A DNA stretch of 64,000 nucleotides from an uncultured Clostridium sp. (lineage in GTDB: Bacteria > Bacillota_I > Bacilli_A > RF39 > UBA660). Both the position numbers and the translations under genes were made by a program. Shown here piece by piece: positions 19,901 through 31,587 of the stretch. Under the pieces are notes generated by a model. That model saw only the letters and a list, made by a program, of their open reading frames with translations, was not told the origin of the DNA and did no database searches. The stretch is from contig CAMIWC010000001.1 of NCBI GenBank assembly GCA_946402315.1, forward strand, positions 28,508 through 92,507. Direction: 5' to 3'. Position 1 is the stretch's first letter; each line of letters begins with the position of its first letter.

Positions 19901-19905
19901 ATTTA

Positions 19906-22900
19906 TTATTCCATAAATTCATCTTCTAATTTATCAAGAGGTTCCTCATCAACAAATTGAGAAGCTAACTCATATTCTACGTTACGGTATGTTTTAACAC
20001 CAGTACCAGCTGGAATTAATTTACCTATAATAACGTTTTCTTTTAATCCTTCAAGAGTATCTGTCTTACCATTAATTGATGCATCTGTAAGAATTCTTGT
20101 TGTTTCTTGGAATGATGCAGCAGCTAAGAATGATTCAGTACCAAGAGATGCTTTAGTAATACCAAGAAGCACTGGTTTACCAACAGCTGGTTTCTTACCT
20201 TTAATTATTACTTCTTTATTTCCTTCATTAAATTCACGATAGTTAACAAGTAATCCTGGAAGGAACATTGTATCTCCAGATTCTACAATTCTAATCTTAG
20301 ATATCATACGTCTAGCAATAATTTCGATATGTTTATCAGAAATATCAACACCTTGACCACGATATACGCCTTGAACTTCTTTTAAGATATATTCTTGAGT
20401 AGTTAGAGGGTCAGTTACTGTTAATAATTCTTTTGGTGATATAGCACCTTCACTTAACTTATCTCCAGCTACAACGTTATCTCCAACTTCTACTCTTAAT
20501 TTAACACCATAGTTAGTAACATGTTCTTTAGTTTCTTTTTCATTCTTGATGCTGATTCTAAACTTACCATGGTCATCATCAATTTTTTCTACTTTACCAT
20601 CAATTTCTGCAATACAAGCTTTTCCTTTTGGTATACGAGCTTCAAATAATTCTTGAACACGAGGAAGACCTTGAGTAATATCGTCTTCACCAGCAACTCC
20701 ACCATTATGGAAAGTACGCATTGTTAATTGTGTTCCTGGTTCACCAATAGCTTGAGCAGCCATAACTCCTACAGCTTCTCCAATTTCAGCTAAGTTACCA
20801 GTAGCAAGGTTACGTCCGTAACATTTCTTACATACTCCATTAACTGTATTACAAGTTAAGCATGTTCTAATTTCTACTTCAGTAATTCCTGCAGCAATAA
20901 TCTTTTCAGCTATTGATTCAGTAATTAAATCTAATTTTTCACAAATAACTTTCTTTGTTTCAGGATTAATAATCTTCTTATTAGAATATCTTCCAACAAT
21001 ACGATCATATAATTTTTCAATTACTTCACCAGTCTTGTCATTAATAAAGTCTTTAACAACAACACCATTTTCAGTACCACAGTCTTCTTCACGAACAATA
21101 ATGTTTTGTGATACATCTACTAAACGTCTTGTTAAGTATCCAGAGTCAGCTGTCTTTAAGGCAGTATCTGCTGAACCTTTACGAGCACCATGTGTAGATA
21201 AGAAGAATTCAGCAACTGATAATCCTTCACGGAAGTTAGATGTAATTGGTATTTCAACTGGAGTACCATCTGGTTTAGCCATGATACCACGCATACCAGC
21301 AACTTGAGTAAATTGTCCAATTGATCCACGTGCTTTAGAGTGCATCATCATGAAGATTGGGTTATCTACTTGAGCATCAGCTATAGAAGATAATTCTTTT
21401 TGAACACTGTTCTTAGCTCCATCCCATGTAGCAATAACTTTCTCAAATCTTTCTTCTTCAGTTATTAATCCACGATTATATTGTTTATTAATCTTATCAA
21501 CCATTTTATTAGCTTCATCTATTATTTCGTTCTTATTGTTACTTGTAACAACGTCACTAATAGAAATAGTTACACCAGCAATTGTAGAATATTTAAATCC
21601 TAAATCTTTCATCTTATCAAGCATGATAGATGTTTCAGTAGTTCTATATCTCTTAAATATTTGAGCAATTATACTTTCTAGTGTACCTTTTGCAAATGGT
21701 TTAACAAGAGGCATATTTTTGATAACTTCAGGAATATTTTCTCCTTGTTCTATAAAGTATTTATTAGGAGTCATATTTTGAATATTATCTGCAGTTGGTT
21801 CATTAATATAAGCAAATGAATCTGGTAATATTTCATTAAACTTAATCTTACCAACAGTAGTTACAAGATATTTACCTTTTTGTGATTCAATAAATAATTT
21901 ATGTTTAAATGAATCAACTGGAATAGCAATTCTTGTATGAAGAGTTATTTCTCTTCTTTCATAAGCCATTAAAGCTTCATTAGCATTTTTAAATACTCTT
22001 CCTTCTCCTGGAAGTCCTGTTTTTTCCATAGTTATGTAATAGTTACCTAATACCATATCTTGTGATGGAGTAACGATTGGACTACCATCTTTTGGAGATA
22101 GAATGTTATTAGCACCTAACATTAGAAGTCTTGCTTCTGCTTGAGCTTCTAAACTTAAAGGTACGTGTACAGCCATTTGGTCTCCGTCGAAGTCAGCATT
22201 GAAGGCAGTACATACTAATGGGTGAAGTCTAATTGCTTTACCACCAATTAATACTGGTTCAAATGCTTGAATTCCTAAACGGTGAAGAGTTGGTGCACGG
22301 TTTAACATAACAGGATGTTCTTTAATAACTTCTTCAACGATATCCCATACTTGAGGATCTCTATTATCTATTAATCTCTTAGCGGCTTTGATATTATGAG
22401 CAATATCTTTTTCTACTAATCCATGTATTACATGTGGTTTAAATAATTCAAGAGCCATTTCTTTAGGAATACCACATTGATACATCTTTAGGCTTGGTCC
22501 AACTACGATAACTGAACGTCCAGAGTAGTCAACACGTTTACCTAATAAGTTTTGACGGAATCTACCTTGTTTACCTTTTAACATACTAGAAAGTGACTTA
22601 AGAGCACGATTTCCAGCACCAGTAATACTTCTTCCACGACGTCCGTTGTCAAATAAAGCGTCTACTGCTTCTTGTAACATACGTTTTTCGTTTTGAATAA
22701 TGATTCCTGGAGCATTTAAAGCGATTAATTTCTTTAAACGATTGTTACGGTTAATTACACGTCTATATAGATCATTTAAGTCAGATGTGGCAAATCTACC
22801 ACCATCTAATTGAATCATTGGTCTAAGTTCTGGTGGAATAACTGGAATTACATCTAGTATCATCCATTCAGGACGTTGATTTGATTTATAGAAAGCATTA

Positions 22901-23538
22901 AGTACATCTAATCTCTTAACTAATCTAGTTCTCTTTTGACCTTGAGCGTTTTCAAGTTCAGCAGTAATCTCTGCGATTTCTTTTTCAAGATCAACTTTCT
23001 TAAGTAGTTCTTTAATAGCTTCAGCACCCATACCTACTTTAAATCCAGTACCATATTTCTCATAGAATTGACGGTACTCTTTTTCTGATAATGTTTGTTT
23101 ATCTTCTAGAGGTGCAACACCTTTATCAATAACAACATAACTAACAAAGTATAATACTTCTTCTAGATCCCTTGGACTCATATCAAGAACTAATCCCATA
23201 CGAGAAGGAACTCCTTTAAAGAACCAAATATGTGATACAGGAGAAGCTAGTTCAATATGTCCCATTCTTTCACGTCTAACTTTTGAACGAGTAACTTCTA
23301 CTCCACATCTATCACAAATAATATTTTTATATCTTATTCTCTTATATTTACCACAAGAACACTCAAAGTCTTTTGTAGGTCCGAATATCTTTTCGCAGAA
23401 AAGACCATCACGTTCTGGTTTAAGAGTTCTATAGTTGATAGTTTCTGGTTTTTTAACTTCACCATATGACCAACTACGAATCATTTCAGGAGATGCAATT
23501 CCTATTTTTAAAGCGTCAAATGAATTAACTGCTATCAT
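19906..23538 (-). CDS. rpoC: DNA-directed RNA polymerase subunit beta'
   Basis: 1210 aa. The zinc-finger CSCGKYK...CDRCGVEV and the NADFDGD catalytic motif are present. Confidence 0.97.
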   Translation of the reverse strand: MIAVNSFDALKIGIASPEMIRSWSYGEVKKPETINYRTLKPERDGLFCEKIFGPTKDFECSCGKYKRIRYKNIICDRCGVEVTRSKVRRERMGHIELASPVSHIWFFKGVPSRMGLVLDMSPRDLEEVLYFVSYVVIDKGVAPLEDKQTLSEKEYRQFYEKYGTGFKVGMGAEAIKELLKKVDLEKEIAEITAELENAQGQKRTRLVKRLDVLNAFYKSNQRPEWMILDVIPVIPPELRPMIQLDGGRFATSDLNDLYRRVINRNNRLKKLIALNAPGIIIQNEKRMLQEAVDALFDNGRRGRSITGAGNRALKSLSSMLKGKQGRFRQNLLGKRVDYSGRSVIVVGPSLKMYQCGIPKEMALELFKPHVIHGLVEKDIAHNIKAAKRLIDNRDPQVWDIVEEVIKEHPVMLNRAPTLHRLGIQAFEPVLIGGKAIRLHPLVCTAFNADFDGDQMAVHVPLSLEAQAEARLLMLGANNILSPKDGSPIVTPSQDMVLGNYYITMEKTGLPGEGRVFKNANEALMAYERREITLHTRIAIPVDSFKHKLFIESQKGKYLVTTVGKIKFNEILPDSFAYINEPTADNIQNMTPNKYFIEQGENIPEVIKNMPLVKPFAKGTLESIIAQIFKRYRTTETSIMLDKMKDLGFKYSTIAGVTISISDVVTSNNKNEIIDEANKMVDKINKQYNRGLITEEERFEKVIATWDGAKNSVQKELSSIADAQVDNPIFMMMHSKARGSIGQFTQVAGMRGIMAKPDGTPVEIPITSNFREGLSVAEFFLSTHGARKGSADTALKTADSGYLTRRLVDVSQNIIVREEDCGTENGVVVKDFINDKTGEVIEKLYDRIVGRYSNKKIINPETKKVICEKLDLITESIAEKIIAAGITEVEIRTCLTCNTVNGVCKKCYGRNLATGNLAEIGEAVGVMAAQAIGEPGTQLTMRTFHNGGVAGEDDITQGLPRVQELFEARIPKGKACIAEIDGKVEKIDDDHGKFRISIKNEKETKEHVTNYGVKLRVEVGDNVVAGDKLSEGAISPKELLTVTDPLTTQEYILKEVQGVYRGQGVDISDKHIEIIARRMISKIRIVESGDTMFLPGLLVNYREFNEGNKEVIIKGKKPAVGKPVLLGITKASLGTESFLAAASFQETTRILTDASINGKTDTLEGLKENVIIGKLIPAGTGVKTYRNVEYELASQFVDEEPLDKLEDEFME

Positions 23539-23540
23539 AA

Positions 23541-26500
23541 TTATTCATCCCCCTTCTCAAGTCCTGTTTCGAAGAACAGTTCTTCTTCGGCATCGAACTC
23601 CGTATCATCTATAGAATCTAGATCATCTTCATATTCCTCTTCTTCCTCTTCAAGAACTTCTTCAGGAGTCTCTGGATCAGGAATTATTTGTCTAGCAGGA
23701 ATATCTATATCATCTATATTAAGATTCATATCTTCTTTATACTCTTGATCTTCTATTTCTTTTAATTGATATTCTTTATTTTGATCATCAATTATACTTA
23801 AATTTAATCCTAAAGCTTGTAGTTCTTTCATAAGTACTCTAAATGATTCTGGAATACCAGTAATTTCAAAGTCTTCTCCTTTAACTAAAGCTTCATATAC
23901 TTTAACACGACCTAGAACATCATCTGATTTAACTGTTAAGATTTCTTGAAGAACATGAGCTGCACCATAAGCTTCTAGTGCCCAAACTTCCATTTCTCCA
24001 AATCTTTGTCCACCCATTTGAGCTTTACCACCAAGTGGTTGTTGAGTAACTAATGAGTAAGGTCCAGTTGAACGAGCATGTAACTTATCATCAACCATGT
24101 GGTGAAGTTTAATCATGTACATTACTCCAACACAAACTCTATTATCAAATGGTTCTCCAGTACGTCCATCGTAAAGTACTGTCTTACCATCAGGTTCCAT
24201 TCCAGCTTCTTTCATCATTTCAGCGATGTCATTTGTATTAGCTCCATCGAATACTGGAGTTGCTACATGAACACCTAACTTTTTAGCAGCCATACCTAAG
24301 TGTAATTCTAGGATTTGTCCTAAGTTCATACGAGAAGGAACACCTTGTGGATTTAACATAATATCTACTGGTGTACCATCTGGTAAGTAAGGCATATCTT
24401 CTTGTGGAAGAATTAATGAAATAACACCTTTATTACCATGACGTCCACTCATCTTATCTCCAACTTGAATCTTTCTCTTTTGTGCAATATATACACGAAT
24501 TACTTTAGATACTCCAGCTGGTAATTCATCATTATCTTTACGAGAGAAGATTTTAACATCGTGAACAATACCATCTCCACCATGAGGTACACGAAGAGAT
24601 GTATCTCTAACTTCACGAGTCTTTTCTCCAAATATTGCATGTAATAATTTTTCTTCTGAAGTAAGTTCAGCCATTCCCTTAGGAGTAACTTTACCAACAA
24701 GGATATCTCCTTCTTTAACCTCAGTACCAACTATTACAATACCATTTTCATCTAAGTTCTTACGAGCTTCATCACTAACATTAGGGATGTCTCTTGTAAT
24801 TTCTTCTGGTCCTAACTTAGTTTCACGGCATTGCATTTCAAAGTCTTCTAAGTGAATACCAGTATATACATCATCTTTAACAAGATTTTCATTTAAAATA
24901 ACAGCATCCTCATAGTTATATCCATTAAATGTCATGAATGCTACAACTACGTTCTTACCTAAAGCAAGTTCTCCTTGATCAGTTGAAGGTCCATCTGCGA
25001 TAACATGTCCTGCTTTAACTTTATCTCCAACTTTAACTATAGGTCTTTGATGTTGACAAGTACCAGCATTTGATAATTCAAAGTTAGCTAAGAAGTACTC
25101 ATCTTTTCCACCTTTATTCTTAACAACAATCTTACGAGCATCTACATACTCTACTACTCCATCAGCTTTAGCAACTACTACAGCTCCAGAGTCTCTTGCT
25201 GCTACATATTCAACACCTGTTCCAACTAAAGGAGCTTCTGCCTTTAATAATGGTACAGATTGACGTTGCATGTTAGCTCCCATCAAAGCACGAGTTGCAT
25301 CGTCATGCTCTAAGAATGGAATACAACTTGTAGTAACAGCAACAACTTGTTGAGGAGATACGTCTACATAATCTACTTGTTCAGGTTTAACTAAAATATT
25401 TTCTCCTCTATATCTAGCAGGAACTAATTCCTCTATCATTTCATCTTTATCATTTAATTTATTAGTAGCAAGTGAAATAATTAATTCTTCTTCTTCATCG
25501 GCAGTTAAATAATCTACTTGATCAGTAAGTTTCTTATTAACTACTTTTCTATATGGAGTAAGAATAAATCCATATTCATCTATTTTTGCATAACTTGCAA
25601 GTGATGTAATAAGTCCAATGTTTTGTCCTTCTGGTGACTCAATAGGACAAATTCTACCATAGTGAGAAGTATTAACGTCACGAACTTCAGTACCAGCACG
25701 ATCTCTAGAAAGACCTCCTGGACCTAAAGCAGATAAACGTCTCTTATTTGTAAGTTCAGCAATTGGGTTAGTTTGATCCATGAATTGTGATAATTGTGAA
25801 CTACCAAAGAACTCCTTCATTGCAGCAGTTATTGGCCTTATATTTATTAATGTTTTAGGAGTAACTTCTTCCATATCTTGAGTAGTCATTCTTTCACGAA
25901 TAACTCTTTCCATACGAGCTACACCTATTCTAAATTGATTTTGTAATAATTCTCCAACTTGACGAATACGTCTGTTTCCTAAGTGGTCAATTTCATCGAA
26001 ATTACCAAACCCACCTAATAAGTTTAGGTAATAAGATACAGAAGCATATACATCTGGAATAGTTAATCTCTTTAGAGTAATTTCTTGATCGTTACCAATT
26101 AAAGTAAGAACTTTCTTCTTATCGTTAGGGTCATATACTTTAATAGTTTGAATACGATCATTATTATCTAAGTCTTCATTAATTTTAACTTTTGTAACAT
26201 TATAACCGTTTTCAAATACAGGTTTAATAAGCTCTAATACATCCTTATCTACAACTGTACCTTTTTCAGCTATAACTTTCTTGCCGTCTTTAATATCTTC
26301 AGCTAAAGTTAGTCCTAATACACGGTCTAATACATTTAACTTACGATTAAATTTATAACGTCCTACTTTTGCTAAATCATATCTAAATTCATCAAAGAAT
26401 CTAGTAATAATTTGGTTCTTAGAAGAATCAAGTGTACTTGGCTCGCCTGGACGTAACTTTTCATAGATTTCAATTAAAGCTTCATCAGTATTTCTAGTAG

Positions 26501-27173
26501 AATCTTTTGCTAATGTATTTTCTAAGTATTCATTTTTACCAAACACTTCTAAAATCTCTTCATCTGAAGACAAACCAAAAGCACGTAATAATGTAGTGAT
26601 AGGAACTTTTCTAGTTCTATCAATTCTTACGTATAAAACATCTCTAGCATCTGTTTCAAACTCTAACCAAGTACCACGAGTTGGTATAATTTGAGAAGTG
26701 ATTGATACACGTCCGTTCTTATCTACTTCTCTATTAAAATATACACTAGGTGATCTTACTAATTGAGACACAATAACACGTTCTGCTCCATTTATAACAA
26801 ATGTACCAGAATCAGTCATCATAGGCATGTCACCTAAGAATATTTCTTGTTCTTTAACTTCTCCAGTTTCATGGTTAAAAAGACGTACTTGTACCTTTAA
26901 AGGTGCAGCGTATGTTGTCTCTCTATCCTTACTTTGTCTTATAGAATATCTTGGTTCATCAAAATGATAATCTCCAAATTCTAAAGATAGAGTACCAGAA
27001 AAATTTTCAACGGGGAATAAGTCCTCAAAAACTTCTTGTATACCTTTTTCAATAAACCATTGATAAGACTTCTTTTGTATTTCTAATAAATCTTTTAATT
27101 CATATGTGTTTTTTATGCGAGAAAAGCTTCTTCTTTTACGGTGGTCACCACAATTAATTATCTTATATGCCAC
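23541..27173 (-). CDS. rpoB: DNA-directed RNA polymerase subunit beta
   Basis: 1210 aa. Conserved beta-subunit blocks are present, for example [14 protein letters not shown]. It is adjacent to rpoC. Confidence 0.97.
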   Translation of the reverse strand: MAYKIINCGDHRKRRSFSRIKNTYELKDLLEIQKKSYQWFIEKGIQEVFEDLFPVENFSGTLSLEFGDYHFDEPRYSIRQSKDRETTYAAPLKVQVRLFNHETGEVKEQEIFLGDMPMMTDSGTFVINGAERVIVSQLVRSPSVYFNREVDKNGRVSITSQIIPTRGTWLEFETDARDVLYVRIDRTRKVPITTLLRAFGLSSDEEILEVFGKNEYLENTLAKDSTRNTDEALIEIYEKLRPGEPSTLDSSKNQIITRFFDEFRYDLAKVGRYKFNRKLNVLDRVLGLTLAEDIKDGKKVIAEKGTVVDKDVLELIKPVFENGYNVTKVKINEDLDNNDRIQTIKVYDPNDKKKVLTLIGNDQEITLKRLTIPDVYASVSYYLNLLGGFGNFDEIDHLGNRRIRQVGELLQNQFRIGVARMERVIRERMTTQDMEEVTPKTLINIRPITAAMKEFFGSSQLSQFMDQTNPIAELTNKRRLSALGPGGLSRDRAGTEVRDVNTSHYGRICPIESPEGQNIGLITSLASYAKIDEYGFILTPYRKVVNKKLTDQVDYLTADEEEELIISLATNKLNDKDEMIEELVPARYRGENILVKPEQVDYVDVSPQQVVAVTTSCIPFLEHDDATRALMGANMQRQSVPLLKAEAPLVGTGVEYVAARDSGAVVVAKADGVVEYVDARKIVVKNKGGKDEYFLANFELSNAGTCQHQRPIVKVGDKVKAGHVIADGPSTDQGELALGKNVVVAFMTFNGYNYEDAVILNENLVKDDVYTGIHLEDFEMQCRETKLGPEEITRDIPNVSDEARKNLDENGIVIVGTEVKEGDILVGKVTPKGMAELTSEEKLLHAIFGEKTREVRDTSLRVPHGGDGIVHDVKIFSRKDNDELPAGVSKVIRVYIAQKRKIQVGDKMSGRHGNKGVISLILPQEDMPYLPDGTPVDIMLNPQGVPSRMNLGQILELHLGMAAKKLGVHVATPVFDGANTNDIAEMMKEAGMEPDGKTVLYDGRTGEPFDNRVCVGVMYMIKLHHMVDDKLHARSTGPYSLVTQQPLGGKAQMGGQRFGEMEVWALEAYGAAHVLQEILTVKSDDVLGRVKVYEALVKGEDFEITGIPESFRVLMKELQALGLNLSIIDDQNKEYQLKEIEDQEYKEDMNLNIDDIDIPARQIIPDPETPEEVLEEEEEEYEDDLDSIDDTEFDAEEELFFETGLEKGDE

Positions 27174-27330
27174 TAAAATTCACCCCTAACAATATAATTA
27201 ACAAAGAACATAATATTAACAAATAATACGTTGCCAATTTATATTAATAGCATATTATAGACAACAAGTCAATAAAAAACACCTTTAATTTACATAAATA
27301 ATATAGATTTTTAGCAACTGTTAATATTAT

Positions 27331-27376
27331 ATTAGAAAATAAAAGAGTTAACTATATAAGAAAATATAGTTAACTC
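27331..27376 (-). terminator. Intrinsic terminator/attenuator in the rplL-rpoB intergenic region
   Basis: A perfect 13-bp inverted repeat gagttaactatat/atatagttaactc with a 6-nt loop is followed on the minus strand by UUUUAUUUU. Confidence 0.55.
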
Positions 27377-27471
27377 TCCTTTCTTAATCAAGAATAATAT
27401 AATTTTACACTTAAATCAATAATTATTCAAGACATTTTTTACATTTCTTTTTACAAAGAAAAAGAAGTTGA

Positions 27472-27843
27472 TTATTTAACTTCAACTTCTGCTCCAGCTT
27501 CTTCTAATTTAGCTTTGATTTCATTTGCTTCGTCTACAGAAATACCTTCTTTAATAGCTCCACCGTTATCAGCGATTGCTTTTGAGTCAGCTAATCCTAA
27601 TCCAGTAATTTCTTTAATTACTTTGATAACGTTGATTTTAGCAGCTCCAGCATTTACTAATGATACAGTAACAATGCTTGGTGCAGCATCAGCAGCATCT
27701 CCAGCAGCTGGTGCAGCAGCTACTGCTACAGCACTTGGATCTACTCCAAATTCTTCTTTCATTGCGTCTACTAATTCTTTAATTTCTAAAAGGTTCATTT
27801 CTTTTAAAGCACTTATAAATTCATCTCTAGTTAATTTAGCCAT
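27472..27843 (-). CDS. rplL: 50S ribosomal protein L7/L12
   Basis: An Ala-rich flexible hinge AVAVAAAPAAGDAADAAPS and a conserved C-terminal domain. Confidence 0.95.
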   Translation of the reverse strand: MAKLTRDEFISALKEMNLLEIKELVDAMKEEFGVDPSAVAVAAAPAAGDAADAAPSIVTVSLVNAGAAKINVIKVIKEITGLGLADSKAIADNGGAIKEGISVDEANEIKAKLEEAGAEVEVK

Positions 27844-27875
27844 TTTTATTTCCTCCTAATATTATATTTTTTTAA

Positions 27876-28403
27876 TTATTTTTCTTCTTTTTGTTCTGCA
27901 TATAAATTTAAGCAGATAGATAAGTCTCTAGCGATACCAATCATACCACCAGCAAGCATAGTAAGTAATCCTTCTCTTGATGGAATACTTGCAAGTTTAT
28001 CTAATTTTTCTTTATCAGATACTTCTCCATCAATAATTCCAACTTTTAAAACTAATGCTTGGTTCTTTTTAGCAAAATCTGATAATACTTTAACTGCTCC
28101 AATTTGGTCAGTACCAAATGCCATAGCACTAGGTCCAACTAAACTGTCATCAATGTTAATGTTTAAATCAGATAAAGCTCTAGCCATTAAAGTATTTTTA
28201 TATACTTTATAATCTGCATCATTTTCTTTTAATTTCATTCTTAATTCTTTTGCTTCTTTATCTGTAATTCCACGATAATCAAATAAAATTACTGATGCAC
28301 TATTTGAAACACGATCTTTAATTTCATCAATTACTTCTTGTTTCATAGCTAAGATCTTTTCATTTGCCACTTTAACACCTCCTATTATATTTAAAAGTGC
28401 CAT
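27876..28403 (-). CDS. rplJ: 50S ribosomal protein L10
   Basis: 175 aa. It lies between rplA and rplL and has L10-like motifs. The N-terminal start is somewhat uncertain. Confidence 0.9.
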   Translation of the reverse strand: MALLNIIGGVKVANEKILAMKQEVIDEIKDRVSNSASVILFDYRGITDKEAKELRMKLKENDADYKVYKNTLMARALSDLNINIDDSLVGPSAMAFGTDQIGAVKVLSDFAKKNQALVLKVGIIDGEVSDKEKLDKLASIPSREGLLTMLAGGMIGIARDLSICLNLYAEQKEEK

Positions 28404-28531
28404 AAAAAAGTCCTCGTCATAAACGAAGACCTTCTAATACTATTTAAGTAATAATTAGTCCTCGGTAGGATTTATTTTTATACCTACTGTCTATGGCACC
28501 AAAATCAATTTATATTATATATGGTTAGTGA
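28404..28531 (-). promoter_or_regulatory. Putative L10 (rplJ) leader / autoregulatory region
   Basis: A 128-nt untranslated gap upstream of rplJ with local stems (gtcctcg...cgaagac; cctcggtagg...cctac). The position matches L10-L12 autoregulatory leaders in Firmicutes. Confidence 0.3.
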
Positions 28532-29230
28532 TTATTTGTCAAAAGAATTTGCACTAACTTTAATTCCAGGACCCATTGTAGTAGAAACTGAAATATTTTT
28601 AACATATTCACCTTTTACTGCTTGTGGTTTTAATCTTAAGATATTACCAACAAATGCATCCATATTTTCTACTAATTGTTCTTCAGTAAAATTAGTATTA
28701 CCAATTATACCATGAACATTTCCAAATGTGTCTGTTCTATATTCAACACGTCCAGCCTTAACTTCATTAACTGCTTTTTCAATTTCCATTGTAACTGTTC
28801 CAGTTTTAGGGTTTGGCATTAATCCACGAGGTCCTAATACCTTTCCTAATTTTCCTAACGCAGGCATCATGTCTGGAGTAGCAATAATTACGTCAAATCC
28901 AAACCAGTTTTCTTTTTCGATCTTTTCGATCATATCCATCTCACCAACGAAGTCAGCTCCAGCTTTTTCAGCTTCAGTAGCTTTTGCTCCTTTAGCAAGA
29001 ACTAAAACCTTCTTGTTTTTTCCTGTTCCATGAGGAAGAACTAAAGCTCCTCTTAATTGTTGATCTGCTTTCTTAGTATCTAAGTTTAAGTTCATAGCAA
29101 TTTCAACAGTTGAAACAAATTTACTAACAGAAGTTTCTTTAATTAATTTTGCTGCTTCTTCTTTAGTATATAATTTACCTTTTTCGATCTTTTTAGCAGC
29201 TTCTATATACTTTTTACCTCTATTTTTCAT
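28532..29230 (-). CDS. rplA: 50S ribosomal protein L1
   Basis: 232 aa. Its N-terminus [28 protein letters not shown] and position after rplK. Confidence 0.95.
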   Translation of the reverse strand: MKNRGKKYIEAAKKIEKGKLYTKEEAAKLIKETSVSKFVSTVEIAMNLNLDTKKADQQLRGALVLPHGTGKNKKVLVLAKGAKATEAEKAGADFVGEMDMIEKIEKENWFGFDVIIATPDMMPALGKLGKVLGPRGLMPNPKTGTVTMEIEKAVNEVKAGRVEYRTDTFGNVHGIIGNTNFTEEQLVENMDAFVGNILRLKPQAVKGEYVKNISVSTTMGPGIKVSANSFDK

Positions 29231-29319
29231 ATTATTTCCTCCTTATGTGGTAAAAGCGGATATTCCTCCCACATAGGTCTAAACCTATATGTTACTTTTT
29301 ATATTTTTTCTTTTAACTA

Positions 29320-29745
29320 TTACTCTTTAACTTCGATACCCATGTTACGTGCAGTACCTTCAATTATTTTCATAGCTTCTTCAATTGTGTAAGCATTTAA
29401 ATCTGGTAATTTAATCTCTGCAATTTCTCTAATTTGATCTTTTGTAAGAGTTGCTACTTTTTCATTAGCTCCTTTACTAGATCCTTTACTTATTTTTGCA
29501 TATTTCTTTAATAAAAATGCTGCAGGTGGAGTTTTAATTACGAAATCAAAACTTCTATCATCATATACTGTAACAACTACTGGTACAACATCTCCCATTT
29601 TATCTCTTGTTGCTTCATTGTATTTAGTACAGAATTCTTGTAAGTTAACTCCTGCTGGTCCTAAAGCTGTACCAACTGGTGGAGCAGCTGTAGCCTTTCC
29701 TGCTTCAATTTGTAAGTTAATTTCCTTTACAACTTCTTTTGCCAC
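29320..29745 (-). CDS. rplK: 50S ribosomal protein L11 (GTG start)
   Basis: [33 protein letters not shown] is the L11 N-terminus. The start is GTG at 29745, preceded by the RBS AGGAGGTG. The ORF track starts 3 codons upstream. Confidence 0.9.
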   Translation of the reverse strand: MAKEVVKEINLQIEAGKATAAPPVGTALGPAGVNLQEFCTKYNEATRDKMGDVVPVVVTVYDDRSFDFVIKTPPAAFLLKKYAKISKGSSKGANEKVATLTKDQIREIAEIKLPDLNAYTIEEAMKIIEGTARNMGIEVKE

Positions 29746-29884
29746 GAAAAACACCTCCTAAAATTTTTCTCGTTTTCGCGAGTGGTCCAAATAGCATCCG
29801 CGCTTCCCACTTATCAACTATATAAATCGATATAGCGCTTCAATAATAACATATCGATATTTAAAAATCAAGGGATAAAACAAA
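29746..29884 (-). promoter_or_regulatory. Putative L11/L1 operon leader
   Basis: A 139-nt leader between nusG and rplK. It contains the stem UCGAUAU...AUAUCGA and a GGGAAGCGCGG...CCACUCGCG element, which could be an L1-binding leader. Assignment by position only. Confidence 0.25.
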
Positions 29885-30415
29885 TTATCCAGCAACTTCA
29901 ATTTGATTCATTTCAACTTCTACTGAAGTAGCTTGTCCAAATAAATCTACATTTAAAATTACTTTATCAGTTTCAATAGATTCAACTGTACCAAACATTC
30001 CATTAAATGGCCCAGCAACAATCTTAACTTTACTACCTTCTTTAAGATCTACATCTACATCAATTCTACTGATTCCCATATTACGAAGAATATTATCTAC
30101 TTCATATGGTTGTAATGGTGTAGGTTTAGCACCTTTACCACTAGATCCGATAAATCCAGTAACTCCTGGAGTATTACGAACAACATACCAAGCTTCATCA
30201 CTCATAATCATTTCTATAAGTACATATCCTGGGAACATCTTCTTAACTTTTTCTTTAGTTACTCCATCTTTTACTTCAACTTCTTTTTGTTCAGGAATGA
30301 TTACACGGAAAATGTAATCTTTCATATCCATTGATTCAGCACGCATTTCAAGTTTTTCTTTAACTTTACTCTCATGTCCTGAATAAGTATTAACTACATA
30401 CCATTGCTTGTCCAT
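29885..30415 (-). CDS. nusG: Transcription termination/antitermination factor NusG
   Basis: WYVVNTYSGHE... (NGN domain) and a C-terminal KOW. 176 aa. Confidence 0.95.
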   Translation of the reverse strand: MDKQWYVVNTYSGHESKVKEKLEMRAESMDMKDYIFRVIIPEQKEVEVKDGVTKEKVKKMFPGYVLIEMIMSDEAWYVVRNTPGVTGFIGSSGKGAKPTPLQPYEVDNILRNMGISRIDVDVDLKEGSKVKIVAGPFNGMFGTVESIETDKVILNVDLFGQATSVEVEMNQIEVAG

Positions 30416-30424
30416 AACTTCCTC

Positions 30425-30727
30425 CTAGAACGCATTCTTTACTACTTCTTTAACCCAAGCAAATACTGCTTCAATTCCTAAGAAGTATAAAGAGAAGAAA
30501 ATTATTAATATAATAGTTGCAATACTATAAGTAACCATTTGTCTCTTATTAGGCCATGTTACTTGTTTCATTTCATGCCATACTGATTTTAAAAATCCTT
30601 CTTTTTTAACATTATCAGTTTCTTCTTTAGTTTCTACTTTTTTAACTTTCTTTTCTACCTTTACTTTTTTAGTAGTTTCTTTTTTAGTACTAGTTGTTTT
30701 TTTCTTTTTCTTAGTTTCTTTTTCCAT
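30425..30727 (-). CDS. secE: Preprotein translocase subunit SecE with a K-rich N-terminal extension
   Basis: The core FLKSVWHEMKQVTWPNKRQMVTYSIATIILIIFFSLYFLG sits immediately upstream of nusG. About 45 K/T/E-rich residues precede it. Confidence 0.85.
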   Translation of the reverse strand: MEKETKKKKKTTSTKKETTKKVKVEKKVKKVETKEETDNVKKEGFLKSVWHEMKQVTWPNKRQMVTYSIATIILIIFFSLYFLGIEAVFAWVKEVVKNAF

Positions 30728-30812
30728 AATATCCCCTCATCAATATTTTACCAAAATAAAAACACCTACGTGTCACAATTAAAATAACACATAAGTATTT
30801 TTAAGTCAATTA

Positions 30813-31538
30813 TTATTTGTTTTTTCCAGCATTATTATAACTATTAGACAAACCATTATGATTTAGATTTGTCGATTTATTAAAAATTCTTAAATTAGTA
30901 AATCTAAATCTTTGTCTTTGTTCTCTTAAATCTACAAAAGAATAATTAGGATCAGTATAACTAACATTACCTATTTCTCTTAAAGCTGAATTCCTTTCAT
31001 CTCTAATACTTGATACTCCAACATCACTAGGATTTAATCCTTTAGAAAAAGCTATTAATCCTCTAGGTAGATTAGGATTATTTCTATCATAACCATTATA
31101 TACTTTATGCCATGAAGGATCATATAAAACAGATTGATTACCTAATTGTAATTCTAAAAAGATATGTCCTCTCATACCATTATCTTTTCCATTTCTAACA
31201 TCATCTAACCAACTAGCTTCAGCACTTTCTATATAAACAGTAGGTATACCTTTTTCTCTTAAAATAGAAGAGAATAATATTCCAATATCAGAACAACCAC
31301 TATAAGTACCTCTAGCAAAAATATCACTAGCTGATTTAGCAAATTTCTCTCTTTGAAGAACAGGATTATTATCATGTCTCATATAACTAAATACTAATCT
31401 ATCTAAATCTTTTAAATCTTTGATACTTTTAATACTAGGAACAGAATCAATAAATCTCCTAAGATTAGGATCTACATAATTTTGACCACTATTTTCTAAA
31501 AAAGCATTTATATTTCTTTCTCTTGTTCTATCTATCAT
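30813..31538 (-). CDS. Transglutaminase-like (papain-fold Cys-His-Asp) domain protein
   Basis: Candidate catalytic triad context: GCSDIGILFSSILREKGIP (Cys), GHIFLEL (His), YDPSW (Asp). 241 aa. Confidence 0.5.
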   Translation of the reverse strand: MIDRTRERNINAFLENSGQNYVDPNLRRFIDSVPSIKSIKDLKDLDRLVFSYMRHDNNPVLQREKFAKSASDIFARGTYSGCSDIGILFSSILREKGIPTVYIESAEASWLDDVRNGKDNGMRGHIFLELQLGNQSVLYDPSWHKVYNGYDRNNPNLPRGLIAFSKGLNPSDVGVSSIRDERNSALREIGNVSYTDPNYSFVDLREQRQRFRFTNLRIFNKSTNLNHNGLSNSYNNAGKNK

Positions 31539-31561
31539 AAAACCACCTATTTTAATTATAA

Positions 31562-31587
31562 CAAAAAAAGAGTATTATTACTCTTTT
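31562..31587 (-). terminator. Intrinsic terminator after lgt
   Basis: The hairpin aaagagta-ttat-tactcttt has an A-run upstream on the plus strand, which is a U-run on the minus strand. Confidence 0.5.

Noticed and set aside
27515-27859. 114-aa plus-strand ORF antisense to rplL
   Set aside because: It lies entirely inside the highly conserved L7/L12 gene. Its Ala/Ser-rich composition mirrors the GC-richer hinge. A shadow ORF.
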